Shown: positions 39,130 to 49,271 of the stretch, one piece after another
How the letters are laid out: every line of letters begins with the position of its first letter
Position numbering within the stretch: position 1 is the stretch's first letter
From: Candidatus Eiseniibacteriota bacterium
GTDB taxonomy: Bacteria; Eisenbacteria; RBG-16-71-46
Direction: 5' to 3'
NCBI GenBank assembly: GCA_963717505.1
Contig: OY970342.1
Span: 3,040,001-3,104,000 of the forward strand
DNA: 64,000 nt
The notes under the pieces: generated by a model
The model's input: only the letters and a program-made list of their open reading frames with translations
The model's database searches: none
Told to the model about the DNA's origin: nothing
Translations under genes and position numbers: made by a program

Positions 39130-39795
39130 GTGGAGATCGTGCACTACGACGCGACCCAGCCCGAGCCCCGAGTCCTGATGGCGGCGGCCGAGGCGGTGTT
39201 GCGCGGTGGCGTGATCGCGTTTCCGACCGACACGCTCTACGGACTCGGCTGTTCGTTGTTCGACGTCGAGGCCGTGCACTTGGTGGCGCGGCTCAAGCGG
39301 CGCGATCCGCGGCTCGCGGTCATCTCGCTGATCTCGGATCCGCGCATGGTGTTCGGGCTGGCTTCGGAAGTGACGCCGGTGGCCGAACGCCTGATGGCGC
39401 GATTCTGGCCGGGGCCGCTGTCGCTCATCTTCAAGTCGGCGCGGATCGTGCCCCCCGAGGTGCGCGGCGAGGGCGGGACGATCGCGCTCCGCTGTCCCGA
39501 CGATGACCTGTGCCGCCGCCTGCTCGCCTTCATCGGTGGCCCGGTGGTCTCGAGCAGCGCGAACCTGTCGGGTCAGAAGACGGCGGAAACCGCCGAGGAG
39601 GTGGTCGCGATCTTCGGCAACCAGCTCGATCTGATCCTGGACGGCGGCCCGCGGCGCGGGGGCGTGGCGTCGACGTTGGTCGACATCACCCACGAGCGCC
39701 CGCGTCTGCTGCGGCGCGGCGCGATCGATGTCTCGCGCGAGCTGGGCTCGTTCGACGACGAGACCGGCGCCCGCAAACCCGCCGCCCAGGGGTGA
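39130..39795 (+). CDS. tsaC: Threonylcarbamoyl-AMP synthase (YrdC/Sua5)
   Basis: FPTDTLYGL, KRR, FWPGPL, SSANLSG, STLVD. Confidence 0.93.
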   Translation: MEIVHYDATQPEPRVLMAAAEAVLRGGVIAFPTDTLYGLGCSLFDVEAVHLVARLKRRDPRLAVISLISDPRMVFGLASEVTPVAERLMARFWPGPLSLIFKSARIVPPEVRGEGGTIALRCPDDDLCRRLLAFIGGPVVSSSANLSGQKTAETAEEVVAIFGNQLDLILDGGPRRGGVASTLVDITHERPRLLRRGAIDVSRELGSFDDETGARKPAAQG

Positions 39796-41342
39796 AGCGC
39801 TCGGTTCGCGGCGGGACCACGGCCGCGCCTGCCGGACCGGTTGCGCGGGGAGTGCGGGCCCTGCTGCTGGGATTGCCGAGTGCCGCCTCGCTGCTCTTCG
39901 TTGCGGCCTACGTCGGCGTGGCCCTGGCGCGCATGACGTATCCGTTCGAGCTGGAATGGATCGAAGCCGGCATGGTCGAGAGCGCCCGGCGCGTCTCGGT
40001 GGGCCAGCCGCTCTACGCCGCTCCCAGCCTCGAATACGTCGCCTTCAACTACACGCCGCTCTATGCGGTGATGAGCGCCCCTCTGGTGTCGTGGTTCGGC
40101 CCGACGTTCTTTCCGCTCCGCCTGCTGTCGTTCGTCGCCTCGCTGGCGGTACTCGCGTTGATCTTCCTGATCGTCGTTCGCGAAACCAGGAGCCGGCTGG
40201 CCGGCGTCGTCGCGGCCGGGCTGTTCGCCGCGTGTTACCGAGCCGGCGGTACCTGGCTCGACATCGCGAGGCCGGACTCGCTCTACCTAGCGCTGCTGCT
40301 CGGGTCGATCGCGGTGCTCGCGTTCGATGCCTCACCCAGGCGCGGTCCGCTGTGCGGCGGGCTGTTGTTGGCCCTGGCCTTTCTGACCAAGCAGTCGGCG
40401 CTGGCCGTGGCGCTGCCGCTGTTCGCCTATTTCGCGATCTGGGATCGAAAACGCCTGCTCGGACTGGCCCTCGGATTCCTCGGCCTCGCGGGCGGGGTCA
40501 CGCTGGCCTGGGATCTGGCCTCCGGCGGCTGGTTCCGCTACTTCGCGTTCGCGGTCGCGAGCCGGCACCAGGTGGATGCCGACCTGATCCCCATATTCTG
40601 GACCCGGGACCTGCTTCCGGCATTGCCGATCGCGGTGGTACTCGCGCTCGCCGGGCTGATCGGCTTGGGTCGAGCCAGCGAACATGCGCATCCCGCGCGG
40701 CGCCGATGGTTCTACGCCGCCACCTTGGCAGGGTTGTTCCTCAGCTCGTGGTGGTTGCGTTGCTTCGACGGCGGCTATCTCAACGTGTTGATGACCGCCC
40801 ATGCCGCGATCGCCATCGCTTTCGGCTTCGGCTGCGCGCGCTGGCTTCAGCCGGGACCGGTACTGCGCGACTTCGGAATCGCCGTTGCGGCGTCGTTGGC
40901 GGTCGTGCTTCAGCTCGCGTGGCTGGCATACGACCCGCGGGCACTGGTGCCGGGCGCCGACGAGGTCAAACGTGGACGCCAGCTGATCCAGATCGTATCG
41001 AGCGTTCCGGGCGACGTGCTGGTGCCGTCGCACGTGGCCCTGGCGCCGCTCGGCGGCAAGCCGCGACACTTTCACGGCATGGCGATGACCGACGTGCTCA
41101 ACGATCCCGGCCCGACCGGGACGCGAATGGCGGAGGAGCTCGAGTCCACCCTGCGCGAGCACCGGTATCCGTTGATCATCCTGAATCGCGGCGATCTGTT
41201 GTTGGACCGCGTGCTGAAGCACTACACGTTGGGAGCCAGGATCACCGGCGACTCGACCGGGTTCTGGATGTCGACCGGGATGCGGACCCGGCCCGAGTAT
41301 CTGGCGGTGCCGAGTCGCGAGACGCCGGGCGGTTCGCGGTGA
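39792..41342 (+). CDS. GT-C (ArnT/PMT-like) membrane glycosyltransferase
   Basis: YPFELEWIE, YTPLY, ARPD, LTKQ; about 11 TM segments. Confidence 0.7.
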   Translation: MKRSVRGGTTAAPAGPVARGVRALLLGLPSAASLLFVAAYVGVALARMTYPFELEWIEAGMVESARRVSVGQPLYAAPSLEYVAFNYTPLYAVMSAPLVSWFGPTFFPLRLLSFVASLAVLALIFLIVVRETRSRLAGVVAAGLFAACYRAGGTWLDIARPDSLYLALLLGSIAVLAFDASPRRGPLCGGLLLALAFLTKQSALAVALPLFAYFAIWDRKRLLGLALGFLGLAGGVTLAWDLASGGWFRYFAFAVASRHQVDADLIPIFWTRDLLPALPIAVVLALAGLIGLGRASEHAHPARRRWFYAATLAGLFLSSWWLRCFDGGYLNVLMTAHAAIAIAFGFGCARWLQPGPVLRDFGIAVAASLAVVLQLAWLAYDPRALVPGADEVKRGRQLIQIVSSVPGDVLVPSHVALAPLGGKPRHFHGMAMTDVLNDPGPTGTRMAEELESTLREHRYPLIILNRGDLLLDRVLKHYTLGARITGDSTGFWMSTGMRTRPEYLAVPSRETPGGSR

Positions 41343-41420
41343 CTGGGGACATGCTGCAACGCCGGGAGCGGTCCCCGCGTGCGATCGTGCAGGCTGCATG
41401 CCGCATGGGCGGCGCGAAGG

Positions 41421-41450
41421 TTGACGCCCGCCGGAGGGGGTCCCTATCCT
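41421..41450 (+). promoter_or_regulatory. sigma70 promoter 6 nt before the phosphatase start (leaderless)
   Basis: TTGACG (41421-41426), 18 nt, TATCCT (41445-41450), then GTG at 41457. Confidence 0.6.
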
Positions 41451-41456
41451 GTTCCA

Positions 41457-41939
41457 GTGGAAGCAAGACTGCGGGTCCTGATGGTCTGCACCGGTAACAC
41501 CTGCCGGAGCCCGATGGCGGCCGCCGCGTTGCGGGCGGCACTCGGCGCCGAGGCCGCCCGCGTCGAGGTGGATTCCGCCGGTACGGCGGCCTGGGAAGGG
41601 CAGCCGGCGACCCGCTCGGCGGTCGAGGTGGCGGCTCGGGCCGGGATCGACCTCGACCAACACCGTTCGCGGCGGGCGACCCCGGACCTGGTGCGCTCGG
41701 CCGACTGGGTGCTGGTGATGGAGCGGGCGCATCTCGCTTCGGTGCGCGCCCTGGGCGCCGAGCCCGATCGCTGTCATGTCCTGAGCGAGTGGCCGGATCC
41801 CGGTGAGCCCGAACTGCCGGTGGTCGACCCCTTCGGCGGTTCGCTCGAAGCTTACGAGGAATGCTGGCGGCGGATCCGGCGTCACGCCGAACGCGCCGCC
41901 GGCCAACTGATCGAGAGCCTGCGCAGTCGTTCGGCCTGA
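41457..41939 (+). CDS. Low-molecular-weight protein phosphatase, YwlE-like (arginine phosphatase type)
   Basis: VCTGNTCRSPMA, SAGT, DPFGG. Confidence 0.88.
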   Translation: MEARLRVLMVCTGNTCRSPMAAAALRAALGAEAARVEVDSAGTAAWEGQPATRSAVEVAARAGIDLDQHRSRRATPDLVRSADWVLVMERAHLASVRALGAEPDRCHVLSEWPDPGEPELPVVDPFGGSLEAYEECWRRIRRHAERAAGQLIESLRSRSA

Positions 41940-41968
41940 TTTTTCACAGTCCCGCGGAGGTGACCCCA

Positions 41969-42946
41969 ATGGCGATGGAAAAGGCGAAGACGATCTGGAT
42001 GAACGGCAACTGGGTGCCGTGGGAGGACGCGAAGATCCACGTGCTGTCGCACGTGGCCCACTACGCGTCGAGCGTCTTCGAAGGCATCCGCGCGTACGAA
42101 ACCCCGCAGGGCCCGGCGGTGTTCCGGCTCGCCGAGCACATCGACCGACTCATGCTCTCGGCCAAGATCTATCGCATGGATGCGCCGTTCACCCGCGAAC
42201 AGATCCTGAACGCCTGCATCGAGGCGGTGGCGCGCAACGGCCTCAACGAATGTTACATCCGCCCGCTGATCTACCGCGGCTACGAGAACCTGGGGGTCAA
42301 TCCGTTCAAGAGTCCGGTCGAGGTCGCGATCGCGGCCTATCCGTGGGGCAAGTACCTGGGCGAGGACGCGCTCACCCGCGGCGTGGCGATCAAGGTCTCG
42401 AGCTGGCAGCGCATGGCGCCCAACACGCTGCCGCCGATGGCCAAGTCGTCGGCCAACTACATGAACGCGCAGCTGATCAAGATGGAGGCCCTGATCCACG
42501 GCTACGCCGAGGGCATTGCCCTCGACTCGAGCGGCTACGTCAGCGAGGGCAGCGGCCAGAACGTGTTCCTGGTGGTCAAGGGCGAGATCCTGACGCCCGC
42601 GATCCACAACAGCATCCTGGCCGGCATCACCCGCGACACGGTGATGACCCTGGCGCGCGAGCTGGGCTACCCGGTGCGTGAGGCCACGCTGCCGCGCGAG
42701 ATGCTGTACGCGGCCGACGAGATGTTCTTCAGCGGTACCGCGGTCGAAGTGTCGCCGATCATCTCGGTCGACAAACTGCCGGTCGGCGACGGCGTGCCCG
42801 GCCCGGTGACCAAGGCGATGCAGGAGGCGTACTTCGCGACCGTGCGCGGTCGCAATCCCAAGCACGCGGGTTGGCTGACTCCGGTGCGTGCAGCGGGTGC
42901 GGCGCGCGGAGTCGAGACCAAGGTCCCGGCGGCGCGGCGCGACTGA
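41969..42946 (+). CDS. ilvE: Branched-chain amino acid aminotransferase
   Basis: HYASSVFEGIRAY, YIRP, AKSSANY, EGSGQN, LAGITR, GTAVEV. Confidence 0.95.
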   Translation: MAMEKAKTIWMNGNWVPWEDAKIHVLSHVAHYASSVFEGIRAYETPQGPAVFRLAEHIDRLMLSAKIYRMDAPFTREQILNACIEAVARNGLNECYIRPLIYRGYENLGVNPFKSPVEVAIAAYPWGKYLGEDALTRGVAIKVSSWQRMAPNTLPPMAKSSANYMNAQLIKMEALIHGYAEGIALDSSGYVSEGSGQNVFLVVKGEILTPAIHNSILAGITRDTVMTLARELGYPVREATLPREMLYAADEMFFSGTAVEVSPIISVDKLPVGDGVPGPVTKAMQEAYFATVRGRNPKHAGWLTPVRAAGAARGVETKVPAARRD

Positions 42947-42952
42947 CCCGCG

Positions 42953-43420
42953 ATGCGGGTGGCGATCGGCACCGACCACGCCGGCTTGGCGCTCAAGCTG
43001 CGCCTGGCGCGCGAGCTGGAAACGCTCGGCCATGAGGTGGTCGACCTTGGCACACAGTCGACCGAGCCGGTCGACTACCCCGACTTCTGCTTCCCGGTGG
43101 CGGAGCGCGTCGCGCGCGGAGAAGTCGACCGCGGCATCGTGCTCGGCGGCTCCGGCATCGGCGAGTCGATCGCGGCGAACAAGGTCGCCGGAATCCGCGC
43201 GGCCCTGGTGACCAGCGATGACACCGCGCGCCTGACCCGCCTGCACAACGACTCGAACGTGCTGGCGCTCGGGGCGCGGACCAACCCGGACCACGAGGCG
43301 TGTGCCCGCTGGCTGCGCATCTGGCTCGAAACCCCGTTCGAGGACGGCCGTCACGTGCCGAGACTGAAGAAGATCGCCGATTACGAGCGCGCGCACATGA
43401 CGCCCGCGAGCCGGGTCTGA
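42953..43420 (+). CDS. rpiB: Ribose-5-phosphate isomerase B
   Basis: [34 protein letters not shown]. Confidence 0.93.
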   Translation: MRVAIGTDHAGLALKLRLARELETLGHEVVDLGTQSTEPVDYPDFCFPVAERVARGEVDRGIVLGGSGIGESIAANKVAGIRAALVTSDDTARLTRLHNDSNVLALGARTNPDHEACARWLRIWLETPFEDGRHVPRLKKIADYERAHMTPASRV

Positions 43421-44676
43421 TGTCGCTGGCGAGCCAGGAACCGGAGCTGGCGCGCGCGATCGCCGCCGAAGGCCGGCGACAGGTCGAAACGCTCGAGCTG
43501 ATCGCCTCCGAGAACTTCGTGAGCCCGGCGGTGCTCGAAGCGGCGGGTTCGGTGTTCACCAACAAGTACGCCGAAGGTCTTCCCGGCAAGCGTTACTACG
43601 GGGGGTGCGAGCACGTCGACGTCGCCGAAACCATGGCGATCGAGCGTGTGAAACGGTTGTTCGGGGCCGACCATGCCAACGTCCAGGCCCACTCCGGAGC
43701 CTCGGCCAATCTCGCGGCCTACCTGGCGGTGGCGCCGGCGGGGGAGACGCTGCTCGGCATGAGCCTCGCGCACGGCGGACACCTGACTCACGGTCATCCG
43801 GTGTCGGCGAGCGGCAAGCTGTGGCACGCGGTGCAATACGGCGTGCGTCCCGAGGACGGACGCATCGACTACGATCAGGTCGCGGCTTTGGCGCGCGAGC
43901 ATCGCCCGAAGTTGATCGTCGCCGGCGCCAGCGCCTACCCGCGCACCATCGACTTCGCGCGTTTCGCTGCGATCGCGCAGGAGGTTTCGGCCGCACTGGT
44001 GGTCGACATGGCGCACATCGCCGGACTGGTGGCGGCCGGGCTCCATCCCAACCCGGTGCCGCATGCCGACCTGGTGACCAGCACCACGCACAAGACTCTA
44101 CGCGGCCCGCGCGGCGGCTTCGTCCTGGCGACGCGCGAGCGGGCCGAGGCGTTGGACAAGACCGTGTTCCCCGGACTTCAGGGCGGGCCGCTGATGCACA
44201 TCATCGCCGCCAAGGCGGTGTGCTTTGGCGAAGCGCTGAGCGATGGATTCCAGGACTACGCCCGGCGCGTCGTCGAGAATGCGCGCATTCTGGCCGAGAC
44301 GCTCACCGGTCACGGCTTCGACCTGGTGTCGGGGGGCACCGACAATCACCTGATGTTGGTCGACCTGCGCCGCCGGAAGCTGACCGGCAAGGTGGCGGAA
44401 GAAGCGCTCCATCGCGCCGGGATCACGGTCAACAAGAACGCGGTCCCCGACGATCCGCATAAGCCGTGGGTGACGAGCGGCGTCCGGATCGGGACGCCGG
44501 CGTTGACGACGCGTGGCATGGGCGCCGACGACATGCGCCAGATCGGCGATTGGATCGCGCGCATTCTCGAGCGGCCCGAGGACGCGAATCTCGGCGCCGA
44601 AGTCGGTCGCTCGGTCCGCGAGATGGCCGCGGGCTTCCCGGCATTCACCTGGGAACCGGCGGTGCGCACCCGGTAA
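43420..44676 (+). CDS. glyA: Serine hydroxymethyltransferase
   Basis: [37 protein letters not shown]. Confidence 0.98.
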   Translation: MSLASQEPELARAIAAEGRRQVETLELIASENFVSPAVLEAAGSVFTNKYAEGLPGKRYYGGCEHVDVAETMAIERVKRLFGADHANVQAHSGASANLAAYLAVAPAGETLLGMSLAHGGHLTHGHPVSASGKLWHAVQYGVRPEDGRIDYDQVAALAREHRPKLIVAGASAYPRTIDFARFAAIAQEVSAALVVDMAHIAGLVAAGLHPNPVPHADLVTSTTHKTLRGPRGGFVLATRERAEALDKTVFPGLQGGPLMHIIAAKAVCFGEALSDGFQDYARRVVENARILAETLTGHGFDLVSGGTDNHLMLVDLRRRKLTGKVAEEALHRAGITVNKNAVPDDPHKPWVTSGVRIGTPALTTRGMGADDMRQIGDWIARILERPEDANLGAEVGRSVREMAAGFPAFTWEPAVRTR

Positions 44677-44783
44677 TCCCCGTCCGCCTCGGCGGCCTCG
44701 ACGTTGCAGGCTGTAAACCGGGCCCGATGATTCTGCACGGGGGTTCGGACTCCGGGTGAGATGGCGCAGTCCCTGCGATTGTG

Positions 44784-44799
44784 GCGCAACGAGTTGCGC
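44784..44799. promoter_or_regulatory. Perfect palindrome with IHF-like CAA-N4-TTG core
   Basis: GCGCAAC-GA-GTTGCGC, about 20 bp upstream of a sigma54 motif. Confidence 0.5.
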
Positions 44800-44819
44800 G
44801 CTCGCCGCCGGCGCTTCGA

Positions 44820-44835
44820 TGGCACCGGTTCTGCA
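44820..44835 (+). promoter_or_regulatory. sigma54 (-24/-12) promoter
   Basis: TGGCAC-CGGTT-CTGCA, i.e. GG-N10-GC. Confidence 0.65.
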
Positions 44836-44873
44836 ACGGCGGAGCGGCCGCTCACCTGGAGACCTCCGCCATC

Positions 44874-45281
44874 ATGCTCGACTTCTCGCGTTTCACGGAG
44901 CAGATCCGCTCGACGCTGCACGGCGGCGCGGGACTCCACCGCTCGGCCCTGCTCGCGGCCCACGCCGGACGCCACGAACGCGCCGAACGGTTGTTCGAGG
45001 CGGCCGCGGGTCGCTACCGGCGCGACCTCGAGGTCGAACCCCTGGCGCGGCTCCGGGTGCATCAGATGATGGCGCGCGTCCTGGCCGGACGCGATCCGTC
45101 GAGCGATGCGCAACGCTGTCTCGAGGTCGAGCGCCGCCTGGTCCGTCTCGATCGCATCGAGTCCCCGCACCCGCCTTTCACGTTGGTGGACGCGCGTTCG
45201 GTTCTGGCGTCGTGGATCCGGCCTGGATTCAATGTGCGCGACTCGGACGTCGACGACTCCCAACAGCGCACGGCGGCCTGA
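44874..45281 (+). CDS. Hypothetical protein (135 aa, helical/TPR-like)
   Basis: Fills the glyA-moxR gap, GC-rich third codon positions, upstream GGAG and sigma54 motif; no recognised family. Confidence 0.6.
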   Translation: MLDFSRFTEQIRSTLHGGAGLHRSALLAAHAGRHERAERLFEAAAGRYRRDLEVEPLARLRVHQMMARVLAGRDPSSDAQRCLEVERRLVRLDRIESPHPPFTLVDARSVLASWIRPGFNVRDSDVDDSQQRTAA

Positions 45282-45440
45282 CCAAACGTTGACTTGCGGG
45301 ACCGCGCCGGTCCCGCCTCCTCCCGCATCCGGCGTCGTACGTGGCATCGGTCGGAGGCCGTCGCTATACTGCGTCGTTCGCGATCGGTCGGAGCGCACTC
45401 GGTGCTTCGATCGCGATCGCTGCGACTCGCGGGGGCACCG

Positions 45441-46426
<986 letters not shown>

Positions 46427-46427
<1 letters not shown>

Positions 46428-47311
46428 TGCAGACCCACGAGCTGCTGCGCAAGGTGCGCCGGCTCGAGATCCGGAGCCGTCACCTGGTCGAGGACCTGTT
46501 CGCAGGTCGCTCGGTGAGCGTGTTCAAAGGACGCGGCATCGAGTTCGAAGAGGTGCGGGCCTACGTTCCCGGCGACGAGGTCCGCGACATCGACTGGAAC
46601 GTGACGGCGCGGCTCGGCGCCCCGTTCGTCAAGCGCTTCGTCGAGGAGCGCGAGCTGACCGTGATGCTGGTGGTCGACGTTTCGCGCTCGATGCGCTTCG
46701 GCACCACCGGCACCGAGAAGCGCGAGCTGGCGGCCGAGCTGTGCGCGGTGCTCGGATTCGCCGCGGTCAGCAACAACGACCGCCTGGGGCTGGTGCTAGC
46801 CGGCGAAGGGGTCGAGCACTTCGTGCCGCCGGCGCGCGGGCGGACGCACCTGTTGCGCCTGCTGCGCGACATCCTCGGGACGCCGGCCGGAAGTGGTACC
46901 ACGTCGGTCGCGGCCGCCGCCCAGTTCCTATTGCGTACCAGCCACCGGCGGAGCCTGGTGTTCTGGATCTCGGATTTCGAGGAGCCGCCGGATCCCGACG
47001 ACCTGCGGGTCCTGTCGCGCCGGCACGAGCTGACCGCGTTCGTCCTGCGCGATCCGCGCGACGAAGCCCTGCCGGCCGCCGGCTGGGTCGAGCTCGAAGA
47101 TCTGGAGACCGGCCAGCGCGCGATCGTGAACACCGGCAGCCGGCGGGTGCGCGAGCAATACCAGAAGGATGCGCGCGAGCGCCGTAAACGCGCGGAGCGA
47201 GCGCTGTCGCGTGCGCGCTGTCCGGTGCTCGAGGTGCGCACCGACCGCTCGTACGTGCCCACTCTGATCCGTTTCTTCTCGACGCGGCGCGCGCGCCGCG
47301 CCCGGGCATGA
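46427..47311 (+). CDS. DUF58 domain protein
   Basis: GIEFEEVRAYVPGDEVRDIDWNVTAR, VDVSRSM, ISDF. Confidence 0.92.
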
Positions 47312-48291
47312 GTCGCGCGCGCGCAGGTGCGGTATTGGCCCTGGTCCTCTGCGCCACGTCGGGAGTGGCGGGAGTGGGGTTCGGTCAGGAGACCGACGCC
47401 GAGCTGCGCGCCCGCGCCACGGTGTCCCCGGGAACCGTTCGGCTCGGTGAGCCGGTGCGTTACCGCGGGGTGGTGTTGTTGCCGCCGGGCACCTCCCATG
47501 CGCGCTGGGTGCCGCCCGAGAAGGACCCCGACCTGACCTGGGGTGAGCTCGAGCCCAAGCGTGTGCGCGTCCAAGGCGCGAGCGCGCCCGACACGCTGAT
47601 GGTCGAGGCGACGCTTCAGGTGTTTCGCTTGGGAACCCTGATGATCCCGGGCCTGCGCTTCGAGTCCGGTACTGCGGGTGCCATCACCACCCACCGACTG
47701 CCGGGGGTGGCGCTGATCGTGATGCCCATGCTCTCGGCCGCGGACTCGAATGCCGACCTGCGTCCGCCGCGCGGGCCGGCAGCGGCACCGTGGTGGGAAC
47801 AGGTGCCGTGGCGTTGGGTGTTGCTGGTGCTCGCCGCACTCACGCTGATCGCGGCCGCCGTGGTCTGGTGGCGCCGGCGGGCGCGCCGCGCGATTCCCGG
47901 GGTGACGCCCGCGGCTGATCCCGCGGCAGCGGCACTGGCGGAGCTCGCGGCGTTGCGCGGACTCCACCTGCCGGCGCACGGTCGATTCGCCGAGCATGCG
48001 TTCCAGCTGACGCGCATCATCCGTCGCTACCTCGAGGTGGTGGTGCATGCGCCGCGTCCGGGTCACACGTCGAGCGAGCTGATGAGCGCACTCGAGCGCA
48101 CGCGACTCACCGACGACCACCGGAAGATGCTCGGGGCGCTGCTCCGGGTCTGGGATCGCGTCAAGTTCGCGCGCGCCCCATCGAACGTCGAAGAGTCGAT
48201 GCGCGCCGAGGAGCTGGTCGAGCAGCTGATTCGCCAACTGGGGCGTCCACCTGCGGACGCGACCGACACCACGACCGGAAGGGCGGCCTGA
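47308..48291 (+). CDS. Bat-operon associated exported/membrane protein
   Basis: Signal peptide, Ig-like region, TM, 'TSSEL...DRVKFAR'; position between DUF58 and batA. Confidence 0.7.
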   Translation: MSRARAGAVLALVLCATSGVAGVGFGQETDAELRARATVSPGTVRLGEPVRYRGVVLLPPGTSHARWVPPEKDPDLTWGELEPKRVRVQGASAPDTLMVEATLQVFRLGTLMIPGLRFESGTAGAITTHRLPGVALIVMPMLSAADSNADLRPPRGPAAAPWWEQVPWRWVLLVLAALTLIAAAVVWWRRRARRAIPGVTPAADPAAAALAELAALRGLHLPAHGRFAEHAFQLTRIIRRYLEVVVHAPRPGHTSSELMSALERTRLTDDHRKMLGALLRVWDRVKFARAPSNVEESMRAEELVEQLIRQLGRPPADATDTTTGRAA

Positions 48292-49271
48292 TGCGCTTCG
48301 AGTACCCCTGGCTGCTGCTCGGGCTGGCGCTGATTCCGGCACTCGCGCTGTTCGTCCTGCCGCGCGCGCGGCGTCCGGCGGCGGTGCTGTGGGTGCGGAC
48401 GTCGTTCCCGGGTCGGGCCCGCGTCGGCGCCCTGGCGCTGCGCCTGGTGGAAGGGCTGCCCTGGCTCGCGATGGCGCTGGCATGCATCGCCATCGCCCGG
48501 CCGCAACAAGGCCTGCGCCTGAGCGAGGTCGAGACCCAGGGCGTCGACATCATGCTGTCGATCGACATCTCTCCGAGCATGGCGGCCGAGGACTTCCAGC
48601 CGGCCAACCGACTGATCGTGGCCAAGAACGCGGCGCGCGATTTCGTTCGCCACCGGCGCCACGATCGGATGGGGCTGGTCGGATTCGCGGGCACGGCCTT
48701 CCTACAATGTCCGCTGACTCTGGATCACCAAACCCTCGAGGACCTGCTCGGCGCCCTGGACTTCGGCATGGCCGAAGACGGCACCGCAGTCGGCATGGGG
48801 CTCGCTACCGCGGTCTCGGGATTGCGGGAGAGTCGCTCTCCGAGTCGCATCGTCATCCTGCTGACCGACGGGCAGAGCAATCGCGGCGCGGTCGATCCGC
48901 TGACCGCTGCCGATCTGGCGCGGGCGATGAACGTGAAGGTCTACACGGTGCTCGCCGGTCGGGGTGGCGTGGTGCCGGTGCCGGTCGAAGATCCGCTGCT
49001 CGGCCGGCGCACCGAGATGGTGCGTATGGACGTCGACGAGACCTCGTTGCGCGAGATCGCGAAGCGCACCGGGGGCCGGTTCTTCCGCGCCACCGATCCC
49101 GAAGCACTGTCCGCGATCTACGCCGAGATCGATCGGCTCGAGCAGGCGCCGATCAAATCGATCGAGTACCGCGAATACTTCGATCTCGGTCCGTGGCTGA
49201 TGCTCGCGGCCGCGGCCCTGCTGACATTGCATCTGGCCAGTGTCGCGACCTGGGCGTTCCGACTGCCATGA
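48291..49271 (+). CDS. batA: BatA-like VWA protein
   Basis: MRFEYPW, ARPQ, MIDAS DISPSM, PLTLD, LLTDG, TGGRFFRA. Confidence 0.88.
   Translation: MRFEYPWLLLGLALIPALALFVLPRARRPAAVLWVRTSFPGRARVGALALRLVEGLPWLAMALACIAIARPQQGLRLSEVETQGVDIMLSIDISPSMAAEDFQPANRLIVAKNAARDFVRHRRHDRMGLVGFAGTAFLQCPLTLDHQTLEDLLGALDFGMAEDGTAVGMGLATAVSGLRESRSPSRIVILLTDGQSNRGAVDPLTAADLARAMNVKVYTVLAGRGGVVPVPVEDPLLGRRTEMVRMDVDETSLREIAKRTGGRFFRATDPEALSAIYAEIDRLEQAPIKSIEYREYFDLGPWLMLAAAALLTLHLASVATWAFRLP

Noticed and set aside
45342-45357. Second possible sigma54 site (TGGCAT) before moxR
   Set aside because: No GC at -12; it fits better as a weak -35 for TATACT at 45365-45370.
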